DNA from: Candidatus Eiseniibacteriota bacterium
Lineage (GTDB): Bacteria; Eisenbacteria; RBG-16-71-46; JABDJR01
Length of the DNA stretch: 64,000 bases
Assembly: GCA_963768615.1 (NCBI GenBank)
Contig: CAVYIE010000002.1
Coordinates: 133,930 to 197,929 of the forward strand
Direction of reading: 5' to 3'
Below the pieces are notes generated by a model that saw only the letters and a list, made by a program, of their open reading frames with translations, did no database searches and was not told where the DNA came from. Of this stretch, positions 30,088-40,176 are shown piece after piece. Within the stretch, counting starts at the first letter, position 1; each line of letters begins with the position of its first letter. The position numbers were made by a program, and so were the translations under genes.

Positions 30088-30993
30088 CTAGAAGACGCTG
30101 ACCTTGAAGTAGCGCCGGGGGTTCTTCTGGATGTCGTCCAGCAGGGCCCGGGCCCGGGCCAGGGTCTCCACCGTCTCCTGGTAGAGCGCCTCGTCGTTGA
30201 CCAGGCGTCCCGCGGTCCCCTGGCCGTCCTCCACCCGGCCGATGAGCCGGTCCAGGTGGTCGGCGGTGTTCTGGAGGGCGACCAGGGTGCTGTCCAGGCG
30301 GTCGCTGGCGGTGGCAGCGTTGTCGATGAGCACCCCCAGCTTGTCCCCCCGGCCCTCCATGGCCCGGTCCATCTCCTTCATGGTCTGGTTGAAGCTGCTG
30401 ATCGCCTCCCCCATCTCCTTCCGGTTCCTGGACAGGAGATCGGCCAGCTGGGAGGTGATGACCTCGGTGTTGGCGAGGGTCTGGGTAAGCTGACCCTGCT
30501 GGGTTTCGTCGAAGGCGGCGAGCAGGGTGTCCAGGCGGGAGGCGAAGCGGTCCAGGGTCTCCAGGGTGCCGCCCAGGCCGGCCATGAGCTGGGGAATCCC
30601 GGGCTGGTAGCCGCCCTGCAAGGTGGTGTCGGGAGGGAGGGGCGGGTTGCTCTCCGGCCCGGGCACGATGGAGACCAGCTTCTGGCCCATGATGCCCACG
30701 TTCTCGATGGTGGCCTTGGTCCCCTGGTAGAGCTGGACGTCGTTCTCCAGCTGGAGGGTGACGGTGGCCTCGTTCCCCTCGTAGGTGATGTCCGAGACCT
30801 TCCCCGACACCACGCCCCGGACCTCCACCGGGTCCCCCTTGACCAGGCCGCTGGTGGTGGGGAATTCCACCTTGAGGTTGTAGGTGCTTCCCCCGATCCG
30901 GAAGTCCTTGAACCACAGCACTCCGGAGATGAGCACGATGATGCCGAGCATGAACACCACACCGACCTGGAGTTGCTGGCTCCGTTCCGACAT
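30088..30993 (-). CDS. mlaD: MlaD-family (MCE domain) lipid-asymmetry transport substrate-binding protein
   Basis: N-terminal TM plus MCE domain. Follows mlaE-mlaF in the same orientation. Confidence 0.8.
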   Translation of the reverse strand: MSERSQQLQVGVVFMLGIIVLISGVLWFKDFRIGGSTYNLKVEFPTTSGLVKGDPVEVRGVVSGKVSDITYEGNEATVTLQLENDVQLYQGTKATIENVGIMGQKLVSIVPGPESNPPLPPDTTLQGGYQPGIPQLMAGLGGTLETLDRFASRLDTLLAAFDETQQGQLTQTLANTEVITSQLADLLSRNRKEMGEAISSFNQTMKEMDRAMEGRGDKLGVLIDNAATASDRLDSTLVALQNTADHLDRLIGRVEDGQGTAGRLVNDEALYQETVETLARARALLDDIQKNPRRYFKVSVF

Positions 30994-31002
30994 ACCGGTC
31001 TC

Positions 31003-31794
31003 CTAGAAGTGTTTGGCGCCGGCGGGTCCGAAGTGGACGTCGGCCTCCGGCTCGCTGGTCAGCGGACCCTCGGCGCTGGCGGTGATGAACTGGTGCACCA
31101 CCGCGTCCTCGCTCTTCTGGATCTCCTCCGGGGTACCATCGAAGTAGATCCTACCCTGGTAGAGAAGGCATAGGCGATCCCCGACGTAGTAGGCGCTGTG
31201 CAGGTCGTGGGTCACCACGATGGAGGTGACGTTGAGCTTCTCCTGGAGATCCCGGATGAGCTCGTTGATCTGCTGGGCCGTCACCGGGTCCAGCCCGGTG
31301 GTGGGTTCATCGTACAGGATGTAGTCCGGATCCATGGCGATGGCCCGGGCCAGGCCCACCCGCTTCCGCATCCCTCCCGAGAGGTCGGCCGGCTTCTTGT
31401 CCTCGATCCCCTCCAGCCCCACCAGGGCCAGCTTCTCGGCCACCTCCCGGGCGATCTCCTCGCGGGACTTCCGGGTGTGCTCCTTCAGGGCCAGGCCCAC
31501 GTTCTCGCCCACGGTCATGGAGTCGAACAGGGCCGCCATCTGGAACAGCATGCCGAAGCGCTTCCGGAGCTCGCCCATACCGGTGTAGCCGAGGCTGCCC
31601 ACCTCCTGGTCGTCGACCTTCACCGAGCCCGAATCCGGGGCCATGAGCCCGATGATGTGCTTCAGGAGCACGCTCTTCCCGGAGCCGGACCGCCCCAGGA
31701 CCACGATGCTCTCCCCGGTGCGGATGTCGAGGTCCACTCCGTCCAGCACCACCAGGGAGCCGAATCGCTTGTGGAGGTCTCGAATCTCGATCAT
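31003..31794 (-). CDS. mlaF: ABC transporter ATP-binding protein MlaF
   Basis: Walker A GRSGSGKS, signature LSGGMRKRV, Walker B ILYDEPTTGLD. Start at ATG 31794. Confidence 0.9.
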   Translation of the reverse strand: MIEIRDLHKRFGSLVVLDGVDLDIRTGESIVVLGRSGSGKSVLLKHIIGLMAPDSGSVKVDDQEVGSLGYTGMGELRKRFGMLFQMAALFDSMTVGENVGLALKEHTRKSREEIAREVAEKLALVGLEGIEDKKPADLSGGMRKRVGLARAIAMDPDYILYDEPTTGLDPVTAQQINELIRDLQEKLNVTSIVVTHDLHSAYYVGDRLCLLYQGRIYFDGTPEEIQKSEDAVVHQFITASAEGPLTSEPEADVHFGPAGAKHF

Positions 31795-31838
31795 GTCGGC
31801 GCGTCCTCGATTCCGCCCGGCCGCGGCCGGGCGTCCGT

Positions 31839-32645
31839 CTACTTGACGGGGAAGATGATCCGGAAGATGACCTCGGCCAGGAAGTAGTCGGCGACGAGGA
31901 TGAACACCGAGCTCGCCACCACCGCCTTGGTGGTGGCCACCCCGACCCCCTCGGCGCCTCCGGTGGTCTGGAACCCGTAGAAGCATCCCTCGATGGCGAT
32001 GATGATCCCGAACACGAAGGACTTGAGCAGGCCGCCGTAGATGTCGTTCACCTCGAAGAGGAGCTTCATCCCCCGGGTGAAGGTGGTGACCGAGATGCCC
32101 ACCCGGGTCACCGCCACCGTCATCCCGCCCAGGATGGCGATGAGGTTGGCGAAGACGGTGATGGTGGGGAGCATGAAGAACGAGGCCACCAGCCGCGGCA
32201 CGGCCAGGAAGCGCACCGGCCGGATGGCCAGGGTCTCCAGGGCGTCGATCTGCTCGGTCACCCGCATGGTGCCGATCTCGGCCGCGAAGGAGGAGCCCAC
32301 CCGCGCCCCCACCACCAGGGCGGTGAGCACCGGCCCCAGTTCGATGAACACCGACTTGGCGATCACCGTGCCCACGTAGATGAGGGGGATGGTGCCCTGG
32401 AACTGGTAGGCGCTCTGCAGCGCGGCCACGCCGCCCACGAACAGGGAGGTGAGCACGACCAGGGGCATGGACCCGACCCCGATGAACTTGGCCTGTTCCA
32501 TGATCAGGCCGAAGTAGCGCAGTCCGGGGACCAGCTCCCGGGCGATCTGGAACAGGAAGATGGCGAAGCGTCCCCAGGCCGCCACCATGTTCAGGACGAT
32601 CCGTCCCAGGAAGCGGACCGGAGCCAGGATATCCACCGATCGCAT
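31839..32645 (-). CDS. mlaE: ABC transporter permease MlaE
   Basis: 268 aa polytopic permease, colinear with MlaE/YrbE. Confidence 0.9.
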   Translation of the reverse strand: MRSVDILAPVRFLGRIVLNMVAAWGRFAIFLFQIARELVPGLRYFGLIMEQAKFIGVGSMPLVVLTSLFVGGVAALQSAYQFQGTIPLIYVGTVIAKSVFIELGPVLTALVVGARVGSSFAAEIGTMRVTEQIDALETLAIRPVRFLAVPRLVASFFMLPTITVFANLIAILGGMTVAVTRVGISVTTFTRGMKLLFEVNDIYGGLLKSFVFGIIIAIEGCFYGFQTTGGAEGVGVATTKAVVASSVFILVADYFLAEVIFRIIFPVK

Positions 32646-32976
32646 GCGGTCGGTTCAGCCCTCCCTCAATCGGTTATGGCGCATGAGCTTTTGACAAGTA
32701 ATCGGCAACCCGGGTTCCGAAGTCCACCCGGAAAGCCCTGGAACAGCATACCGGGCCATACCCGGACCGATAACCCCCCAATCGTCAACGGCTTGAGGCG
32801 GGGGAGGATCGCGGCGGGGGACGGACCGTCCTTTGCCCGGGGGGCGTGAAGCGGGTGGGGCCCGCCGGCCGGGGTCCCCAGGGGGAAACCGGACGAAAAA
32901 TGTGCTATTTATCTGCGGGGGCCCGCCTTGCGTCCCGGCGAGGCCCCCCGCGTGTTACCCCATGAAGGAGCATCCC

Positions 32977-33969
32977 ATGCCTCTGAACCGCAATATCCGT
33001 CCGCTTCTGCTGCTGTTGCCCCTCCTCCTCGCCGCGGCCGTCTCCCCCGGGCCGGCGGGGGCGGCCACGCCCGATCTCGCCACCAGCTGGACGACCACCG
33101 GCCACGTCATCGCCGCCGGGGACATGACCGGGGACGGCGCCGCCGAAATCCTCGTGGACGATCCCTACTCCGGCATGCGCTCGATCCTGAACGGGGCCAC
33201 CGGGGCGGTGTTCTACCAGCTTCCGGCCGAGTTCCAGAACGGACACGATCCGGTGGCCCTCACCGCGGTGCTCCAGGACGTGGACGGGGACGGCGACGAG
33301 GAACTCCTCCTCAACGCCCATCCCATTGCCGGCGGCACCCCCGACGTCATGAGCCTCTTCGATCCCACCGGCGCGGTTCCCCAGCTCTGGGAGCAGAGTC
33401 CCCCCCCCGGTTCCATCGACGGGGTCGTGTTCGGGGATCTTCGCGGCAACGGCACCCTGGACCTGATCTTCCCCGGAGTCCGGGTGGTGGACTGGATGAC
33501 GGGGGTGCTCCTCTACGACTTCGCCGTCGACCACCCGGACTTCATGGTCGAGAGCTTCCAGATCCTGAACCTCGACGCCGACTCCGCCGGGGAGATCCTC
33601 GTCGACGCCCAGCCGCTGAGCGGCCCCGAGACCCTGGTCATGGTCGAGGTGACCAACGCCTCCACCGGCGTGGGCGCCCGTCCCGACGGCCCCCGGCTGG
33701 CCCTGGGCCAGAACGCTCCCAATCCCTTCGCCGGGCCCACCGAGATCCGGTTCGAGGTCCCCGCACGCGGCCCCGCCCGCCTCGACGTCTACGACGCCGC
33801 CGGGCGGCGCGTCCGCACCCTGGTCGACGAGGTGCTCCCCGCCGGGGAGCAGCGGGTGGCCTGGGACGGCCGGGACTCCGGCGGCCGGCCGGTGGCCGCG
33901 GGGGTGTACTTCTACCGGGTGGAGGCCGGCGGCGAACGCCAGGCCCGGCGCATGGTGCGCATCCGGTAG
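32977..33969 (+). CDS. Secreted FG-GAP/VCBS-like repeat protein with T9SS C-terminal sorting domain
   Basis: ATG 32977 with an AAGGAG RBS. Signal peptide (LLLLLPLLLAAAVSPGPAGAA). Asp-rich integrin-like repeats. C-terminus LGQNAPNPFAGPTEIRFEV...LDVYDAAGRRVRTL...VAWDGRD...AGVYFYRV is the canonical T9SS CTD pattern. Confidence 0.7.
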   Translation: MPLNRNIRPLLLLLPLLLAAAVSPGPAGAATPDLATSWTTTGHVIAAGDMTGDGAAEILVDDPYSGMRSILNGATGAVFYQLPAEFQNGHDPVALTAVLQDVDGDGDEELLLNAHPIAGGTPDVMSLFDPTGAVPQLWEQSPPPGSIDGVVFGDLRGNGTLDLIFPGVRVVDWMTGVLLYDFAVDHPDFMVESFQILNLDADSAGEILVDAQPLSGPETLVMVEVTNASTGVGARPDGPRLALGQNAPNPFAGPTEIRFEVPARGPARLDVYDAAGRRVRTLVDEVLPAGEQRVAWDGRDSGGRPVAAGVYFYRVEAGGERQARRMVRIR

Positions 33970-34007
33970 CCCGGGCCGGGGGCGGCGGCCGCGCCGGGAC
34001 GGAAGGC

Positions 34008-34295
34008 CTACACCCCTTCGATCAGGATCATGTTCCCGCGGGAGCAATCCTGCCGGAGCTTCTTGGCCTCGGCGTACTCCTTGGAGGACCACCAGGCCTT
34101 GGCCTGCTCCACGCTCTCGAACTCGAGCACCACCACCCGGTTGGGGGTCCACTCCCCTTCCAGCACCTCGGCCTTGCCCCCGCGAACCAGGAACTTCCCC
34201 CCGTGGGCGGCCAGGGCCTCCCCGGACATCTCCTTGTAGTCGGCGTAGCGTTCGGCATCGATCACGTCCACGTCCAGGATCACGTAGGCAGCCAC
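34008..34295 (-). CDS. DUF1330 domain protein
   Basis: 95 aa. YVILDVDVIDAERYADY...VVLEFESVEQAKAWWSS matches the DUF1330 fold. Confidence 0.65.
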   Translation of the reverse strand: MAAYVILDVDVIDAERYADYKEMSGEALAAHGGKFLVRGGKAEVLEGEWTPNRVVVLEFESVEQAKAWWSSKEYAEAKKLRQDCSRGNMILIEGV

Positions 34296-34374
34296 GGTTC
34301 CTCCTCGATTGGGGCCTCGGGCGGGGGCGCGGACCCCGGGCGCCGGGTCCGGCGCGGCCGGGTCCGGCGCGCGT

Positions 34375-35382
34375 TCACTCGTCCCCCGGGAACGACTCTA
34401 CCGGGTTTCCCTCGGAGAGCGCGAGGAGGGCCCGGGCCGCCTCCTCCACCCGCTCCCGGCGGGCCAGCCTGTCCAGCCACCCGCCGGGGATCCCCGAGGC
34501 CCCGTAGTACGCGCCCGCGATCTGTCCGAAGACCGCCCCGGTGGTGTCGGCGTCGTCCCCGAGGTTCACCGCCCGCAACGCGCCCTCCCGGAAGCCGTCG
34601 CTGCGGTGGAAGGCCCACAGGGCCGCCTCCAGCGAATCGACCACGTAGCCGGTTCCCCGGACTCCGGGAGGGTCCTTGTCCTTGAAGCTCCCCGCCGCCA
34701 CCGCGGCCACCTCCGGGACGAGGGGCCGGCCCTTCCAGAGCCCCTCCACCGGGGCATACCCCGGCCCCAGGAGCTCGTCCTTGGAGGCCCCGCCCAGGGC
34801 GCCGACGATGAGGCCGGAGAAGTAGCGGCAGGCGTCGACCGCGGCCCGGGCGCCGTGGGTGGTGCGCGAGCTCTCCCCGGCCAGGCGGACCGCGGCGGCG
34901 GGGTTCCGGCGCCAGGCCAGGGGGACCGGAGCCAGCCGCATGAGAGACCCGTTCCCCGCCGACATGGGATCGGTGGGGCCGGAGAATGGGTTGCCGGTCT
35001 CCACGTAGCGCACCAGGGCCTGGAGCACGGTGTTCCCCACGTCGAAGCAGGCGCCGGTGCTGCTCAGGTACCCCGTCTTCCGCCAGCGCAGGTACCGGTC
35101 CATCTGGTCGCGGGGATCGAAGCCCCCCCGCACCGCCAGGCTCCGGGCCAGGCAAAGGGCCATGGAGGTGTCGTCGGTCCACTGCCCCGGGGCGAGATGG
35201 AAGGGACCGCCGCCGGTCATGTCGGTGAGGGGCGCGAAGGTCCCCGGAGGGCGGAACTCGAGGGTGGTGCCGAGGGCATCCCCGGCGGCGAGCCCCAGGA
35301 GCGCGCCGAGGTAGCGGTCCTCCAGGCCGGAGCGGTCCGTGGGCCGGGAGCCGCCTACCGGAGGCGGCGGAAGCGGGGACAC
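34375..35382 (-). CDS. ADP-ribosylglycohydrolase family protein
   Basis: [25 protein letters not shown]-terminal signature and ...[21 protein letters not shown]-terminal signature. Start assigned to the GTG at 35382, 11 nt after the upstream ABM gene stop. The longer listed ORF overlaps that gene out of frame. Confidence 0.65.
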   Translation of the reverse strand: MSPLPPPPVGGSRPTDRSGLEDRYLGALLGLAAGDALGTTLEFRPPGTFAPLTDMTGGGPFHLAPGQWTDDTSMALCLARSLAVRGGFDPRDQMDRYLRWRKTGYLSSTGACFDVGNTVLQALVRYVETGNPFSGPTDPMSAGNGSLMRLAPVPLAWRRNPAAAVRLAGESSRTTHGARAAVDACRYFSGLIVGALGGASKDELLGPGYAPVEGLWKGRPLVPEVAAVAAGSFKDKDPPGVRGTGYVVDSLEAALWAFHRSDGFREGALRAVNLGDDADTTGAVFGQIAGAYYGASGIPGGWLDRLARRERVEEAARALLALSEGNPVESFPGDE

Positions 35383-35392
35383 CGGCGCCCTC

Positions 35393-35689
35393 TCAGCGCA
35401 CCTGCCGGTACCGGAGGAGGTCCGGCTCGCGGGCGACGAGCTCCGAGGCCCGCGAGAGCGCGTCCGCCACGTGTTCGGTGTTGAAATGGTCGTCGAGGGC
35501 GTCCTGGTCCTTCCACGCTTCCACGAAGGCGAAGGCACCGGGATCCTCCCGGCTCTCCAGCAGCTCGTAGCGCAGGCAACCCTCCTCGGTGCGGGTGGGT
35601 TCGACCAGCCCGGCGAGGAGGGCCCGAAGCTCGTCCTCCCTGCCCGGTTTGGCCTTCCACAGGGCCAGGACGTGGAGCGTCTCCGCCAT
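35393..35689 (-). CDS. Antibiotic-biosynthesis-monooxygenase (ABM) domain protein
   Basis: 98 aa ferredoxin-like ABM fold ([16 protein letters not shown]...[21 protein letters not shown]). Confidence 0.7.
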   Translation of the reverse strand: MAETLHVLALWKAKPGREDELRALLAGLVEPTRTEEGCLRYELLESREDPGAFAFVEAWKDQDALDDHFNTEHVADALSRASELVAREPDLLRYRQVR

Positions 35690-35794
35690 GGCTTCAATCC
35701 TCCTGAGCCGGGATGCGCTCCGCGGGTCCCGGGGCCTCGGGAGCGGTCTCCGCGGTTCCGGCGCCGGGGCCTCGGGGACGCCCCCCCCCGGGGG

Positions 35795-37141
35795 CTAGTG
35801 GGGCAGCTCCTCGGCCCGGGTGAGGTTCTCGAACCGGGTGTACTCGGAGATGAAGGTGACCCTGACGTTTCCGGTGGGGCCGTTCCGCTGCTTCCCGATC
35901 AGGATCTCCCCGATCCCCTCGTTCTCGTCGGTGCGGTGATAATGCTCCTCCCGGTAGACGAACGCCACCACGTCGGCGTCCTGCTCGATGGCCCCCGACT
36001 CCCGGAGGTCGCTGAGCATGGGCCGGTGGTCGGTCCGGGCCTCCACCGCCCGGGAGAGCTGGGACAGGGCCACCACCGGCACCCGCAGCTCCTTGGCCAG
36101 GGCCTTGAGGCCCCGGGAGATCTCGCTGATCTCCTGCTGGCGGCTCTCGATCCGGCCCGCCCCTCGCATGAGCTGGAGGTAGTCCACCACGATCACGGCG
36201 AGGTCGGTCTCGTGCTTCAGCCGCCGGGCCTTGGCCCGCATCTCCAGCACGCTCATGGCCGGGGTGTCGTCGATGTAGATCGGGGCCTCGGCCAGGTGCC
36301 CGGCGGCGGTGATCAGCAGCGGCCATTCCTTGTCCCGGAGGTAGCCGGTGCGGAGCCGTTGGGAGCTCACCCGGGCCTCGCCGCAGAGGAGGCGCATGAG
36401 GAGCTGCTCCATGCTCATTTCCAGGCTGAACACCCCCACCCCGCGCTTGCCCCGGATGGCCACGTTGGCGGCGATGTTCAGGGCCAGCGAGGTCTTCCCC
36501 ATGGAGGGGCGGCCGGCGATGATGATGAGGTCCCCCTCCTGGAACCCGCTGGTCATGTTGTCCAGGTCCAGGAACCCGGTCTCGACCCCGGTGACCGCGG
36601 CCTTCTCCTCGTAGAGCTTCTCCACCCGCTTGATGGCGGGGTTGATCAGCTCCCGCACCCGCACGAAGCCCTTGCGGACCCGGGCGTCGGAGATGGCGAA
36701 CATGGCCCGCTCGGCCTGGTCGAGCAGGTCGGCGGCGTCGTCCCGGCCGTCGTAGGCGTTGGCGATGATCTCGGTGGAGACCTCGATCATCCGCCGGAGG
36801 ATGGACTTCTCCTTGAGGATCTGGGCGTGGAACTCGACCGCGGCCGAGGAGGCCACCGCGTCCAGCAGGCCGGCGATGTAGGTGGCGCCTCCCACCCCCT
36901 CGAAGTCCCCGTTCCGCCGAAGCTCATCGGCCAGGGTGATGGCGTCGATGGAGTCTTCCTTGCGCTGCCAGAGATTGACCACGGCGTTGAAGATGCGCCG
37001 GTGGGCGGGGCGGTAGAAGGCGGACTCGTCCAGGATCTCCAGCACCTTGCCGATGGCCCGGGAGTCCAGGAGCATGGCTCCCAGCACCGAGCGTTCGGCC
37101 TCCACGTCCTGCGGCGGCACACGCATGCCCCCGCCCGCCAT
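35795..37141 (-). CDS. dnaB: Replicative DNA helicase DnaB
   Basis: [19 protein letters not shown]-terminus, Walker [14 protein letters not shown]4/RecA-fold motifs, no intein. Start ATG 37141 (alternative ATG at 37126). Confidence 0.95.
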   Translation of the reverse strand: MAGGGMRVPPQDVEAERSVLGAMLLDSRAIGKVLEILDESAFYRPAHRRIFNAVVNLWQRKEDSIDAITLADELRRNGDFEGVGGATYIAGLLDAVASSAAVEFHAQILKEKSILRRMIEVSTEIIANAYDGRDDAADLLDQAERAMFAISDARVRKGFVRVRELINPAIKRVEKLYEEKAAVTGVETGFLDLDNMTSGFQEGDLIIIAGRPSMGKTSLALNIAANVAIRGKRGVGVFSLEMSMEQLLMRLLCGEARVSSQRLRTGYLRDKEWPLLITAAGHLAEAPIYIDDTPAMSVLEMRAKARRLKHETDLAVIVVDYLQLMRGAGRIESRQQEISEISRGLKALAKELRVPVVALSQLSRAVEARTDHRPMLSDLRESGAIEQDADVVAFVYREEHYHRTDENEGIGEILIGKQRNGPTGNVRVTFISEYTRFENLTRAEELPH

Positions 37142-37464
37142 GTCTCGTACCTGGGTGTCGGTGCCGGCCAACGTCCTGCTCCCGCCTCCGGGCCGGGCCC
37201 GCGCCCGCCCTGCCCTCCAAGGGCGGGCGGAGCCGGGCTCGTGCCGCAAGGTTCTGGATACCCGTTCGCCACACGCGGGGCCGCGCGCAGCATCTCTCCG
37301 GGAACGTCGTTTCGTCTGTGAACGGGTGAGGCGGGGACGCCTCGCGCCGAAAGCTCCTCGCTCGCGTCGAGCCACTCGGTCGGAGCCACCGGCCGAGACT
37401 ACGGAAACGGGGGAAGTCGAATCAAACGATTCGTTCGCGTTCGAGTGTAGCGCGGTTGAATGGG

Positions 37465-37720
37465 TGTGGAAAGGAATCCCCTTGACACCGTGATTCGGCC
37501 CCAGACCCACGCCAACGACCGAGAATCCCCTACATCGTCACCGTCCCGTCACTTTCCACTTTTCCACTGGCGGTTGTGGAAAACCCGCGGGCGCGGGCGG
37601 CACGGTCTATGAAAATACTTCACAACCGGCAACCTCTTGTAATTCAACGGATTGGATTGGGACGGTTCCTGGACGAAGGCGGCCGGGCCCGGAACCGGTG
37701 GGGATAAATCCGTGGATAAG
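37465..37720. promoter_or_regulatory. Cluster of DnaA-box-like 9-mers in an AT-enriched ~750-bp intergenic region upstream of dnaB (candidate oriC-like or DnaA-regulated region)
   Basis: TGTGGAAAG (37465-73), AGTGGAAAG rc (37552-60), AGTGGAAAA rc (37560-68), TGTGGAAAA (37576-84), GTGGATAAG (37712-20), against the TGTGGATAA consensus. Adjacent AT-rich patch 37608-37665 in an otherwise ~70% GC window. Confidence 0.35.
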
Positions 37721-37898
37721 CCTCTTCATTCCGGATCCCGTCACCGGGCCGCCACCCGGGCCGGCCGGGACGGCGGGCCCCGGAAGGGACGAACTGACGG
37801 GCTTCGGCGACAGCGGGTTCGAGTGGATCATGAAGCGGCGCGACCCGGCGGGCCCGTCCCATCCGGATCCGGGATGACGGAAACGGGGCCCGGAACGG

Positions 37899-38786
37899 TC
37901 AGCGCAGGTACTCCTTGCGAAGGAGCTGCACGTCTTCCCACACCATCCGCTTCCAGCCCGGATTGCGGAGCAGGGCCGCGGGATGATAGGTGGGGACCAC
38001 CATGATCCGGTCCCGGTAGTAGTGGATCCGTCCGCGAAGCCGGCCCATGGGGGCGTCCGGATTGCCGGTCAGGAACTGGGCCGCGAATTTTCCCAGCGCG
38101 CAGATGATCCGGGGCTGCACCAGCTCGATCTGCTCGGTGAGGTACTTGGTGCAGGCGGAGATCTCCTCCGGCCGGGGATCCCGGTTGTCGGGAGGACGGC
38201 ACTTGAGGATGTTGGCCACGTAGACCTCGTCCCGCCGGAACCCGGCCGCGTCCAGGATCTGATCGAGGAGCTGCCCGGCCTTGCCCACGAAGGGCTTCCC
38301 CTGCCGGTCCTCGTTCGCCCCCGGCGCCTCGCCCACGAACATGACCGGAGTGCGGGCCCGCCCGCGGGAGAAGACCACGTGGGTCCGGCTCCGGCAGAGC
38401 CCGCAGTCGGTGCAGGTGGAGGCCTTCCGGTCGAGGCCGGCCAGCCGCTCCATGCGCTCCCGGTAGTCGGCGGTCTCCGGCTCGGGGTCGATGAGCGGAA
38501 GCTTCTTGCCCCGGCCGCCCCCGGCCGGCGCGGACGAAGCGGGCGGCGCCGGGGATGTGGGCGAAGCCGGCGATGCGGACGATCTGAGCGACGCGGGCGA
38601 TGCCGGAATCGCCCGGTCCGCCGGCGGGGCCGGGGCGGCTCTTCGGGGCCTCGGGGGCGCCCCTTCCACCAACACCCGCTTCAGGGAAGCCGACACCAGG
38701 TGGGTGCGGCCGCGCTCGCGCTCGCGGGCCAGATGCCCGCGAAGTCCGGCGCTAAGTGCTGCGAACTCGTCGCGCGGATCGCTCAC
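37899..38786 (-). CDS. Uracil-DNA glycosylase, family 4 (Fe-S cluster type)
   Basis: C-x2-C...C motifs (TCTDCGLCRSRTHVV), GEAPG, KCRPP family-4 signatures. Unusual Pro/Ala/Ser-rich low-complexity N-terminal region. The start is uncertain: the listed start overlaps coaBC by 35 nt. Confidence 0.75.
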   Translation of the reverse strand: MSDPRDEFAALSAGLRGHLARERERGRTHLVSASLKRVLVEGAPPRPRRAAPAPPADRAIPASPASLRSSASPASPTSPAPPASSAPAGGGRGKKLPLIDPEPETADYRERMERLAGLDRKASTCTDCGLCRSRTHVVFSRGRARTPVMFVGEAPGANEDRQGKPFVGKAGQLLDQILDAAGFRRDEVYVANILKCRPPDNRDPRPEEISACTKYLTEQIELVQPRIICALGKFAAQFLTGNPDAPMGRLRGRIHYYRDRIMVVPTYHPAALLRNPGWKRMVWEDVQLLRKEYLR

Positions 38787-40032
38787 CGCTCGCCCTCCGG
38801 GGCGGCGCGCTCCGGCGCGCCACCACCCAATCCAGGATGCGCTGGGCCACCTCGCGCTTGGGAAGCACGGGCAGCCGCTTCCCCGCCTTGCCGGGCTCGA
38901 GCAGGGTGACCACGTTGGTTTCGCCCCCGATCGCCGCCCCGCGGTCGCGGGGGTTGTTCACCACCAGGAGATCCACGCCCTTCCGCTTCAGCTTGGCCTT
39001 CCCCGCCTTCTCCTCCTCGGCGGTCTCCAGGGCGAAACCGACCAGGATCTGGCCGGTCCGCCGCTTGCTGGCCAGGCCGGCCAGGATGTCGGGGTTGGCG
39101 CGCAGGTCGAGGCGGATCTCCCCTTCTCCCCGCCGCATCTTCTCCACCGCTTCCCGGGCGGAGCGGAAGTCGCCCACCGCCGCCGCCATGACCAGGACGT
39201 CGCAGCCCTCGAAGAGGCGGTCCGCGGCCTGGGAGAGTTCCTCGGCGGTGACGATGCGCTCCACCCGCACCCCTTCCGGGGGCGGCACGTCCATGGGACC
39301 GGCGAGCAGGGTGACCTCGGCCCCGCGGGAGAGGGCCTCCTCGGCCAGGGCCACCCCCATCCGGCCGCTGGAGCGGTTGGTGATGATGCGGACGGGATCG
39401 ATGGGCTCCTCGGTGCGCCCGGCGGTCACCAGCACCTTCACCCCGGCCAGGTCCTGGGGCTGTCCGATCAACTCGGTCACCTGCTGGAGGATGGTGACCG
39501 GCTCGGCCATGCGGCCCTTGCCGTACTCGCGGCAGGCCATCCAGCCGTCCTCGGGTTCCACCACCTGGTGGCCCAGCCGGCGGAGGCGGGACAGGTTGTC
39601 CTGGGTCACCGGGTTCTTCCACATGCGGTGGTTCATGGCCGGGGCCCACAGGACCTCGGTGCCCGCCGCCACCAGCACGGTGGAGAAGGCGTCGTCGGCC
39701 AGGCCCCAGGCCCCCTTGGCCAGGGCGTTGGCGGTGGCCGGGGCCACCACCATGAGGTCGGCGTCCTTGACCAGCTCGATGTGCTCGATCCCGCTCTCGT
39801 CGGCCTGGCCGGCGGGGGCGTCGGGGCCGTCGCCGGCCCAGAGAGCGGTGAGCACCGGGTGCCCGGAGAGGGCGCGGAAGGTGAGCGGGGACACGAACCG
39901 GGTGGCGGCCCCGGTCATGACCACGTGGACCTCGGCGCCCTCCTGCATGAACAGCCGCAGGAGTTCGGCCGCCTTGTAGGCGGCGATGCCCCCGGTCACC
40001 CCCAGCACGATCTTCTTGCCTTGGAGCTTCAT
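38752..40032 (-). CDS. coaBC: Bifunctional phosphopantothenoylcysteine decarboxylase / phosphopantothenate-cysteine ligase
   Basis: Flavoprotein N-domain (KKIVLGVTGGIAAYK) plus CoaB C-domain. Start at ATG 40032. Confidence 0.9.
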   Translation of the reverse strand: MKLQGKKIVLGVTGGIAAYKAAELLRLFMQEGAEVHVVMTGAATRFVSPLTFRALSGHPVLTALWAGDGPDAPAGQADESGIEHIELVKDADLMVVAPATANALAKGAWGLADDAFSTVLVAAGTEVLWAPAMNHRMWKNPVTQDNLSRLRRLGHQVVEPEDGWMACREYGKGRMAEPVTILQQVTELIGQPQDLAGVKVLVTAGRTEEPIDPVRIITNRSSGRMGVALAEEALSRGAEVTLLAGPMDVPPPEGVRVERIVTAEELSQAADRLFEGCDVLVMAAAVGDFRSAREAVEKMRRGEGEIRLDLRANPDILAGLASKRRTGQILVGFALETAEEEKAGKAKLKRKGVDLLVVNNPRDRGAAIGGETNVVTLLEPGKAGKRLPVLPKREVAQRILDWVVARRSAPPRRASGERSARRVRST

Positions 40033-40176
40033 GACGCCCTCCCTCCCCTCGGGTGCGAGCCCATCCGGAACGCCCCTAGAAGATAGCAAAAGGCCGGAGG
40101 CAATCCACCTCCGGCCTGCGGGCCGGCCCGTCGGGGAACGGGCGGCCGGGGCGCGGCCCCCGGGACTCGCGTCCGG

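Noticed and set aside
28544-30916. 790-aa minus ORF extending radA upstream; 478-aa ORF extending ispF; 327-aa ORF extending mlaF
   Set aside because: Upstream extensions are low-complexity and overlap neighbouring genes. Internal ATGs with RBS reproduce canonical protein lengths.
37380-37460. Possible tmRNA-like 'GATTCGAC' motif on the minus strand upstream of dnaB
   Set aside because: No GGGG 5' start, no tag-peptide reading frame (…ALAA stop) and no tRNA-like 3' end (GGTTCGAnTCC…CCA) nearby.
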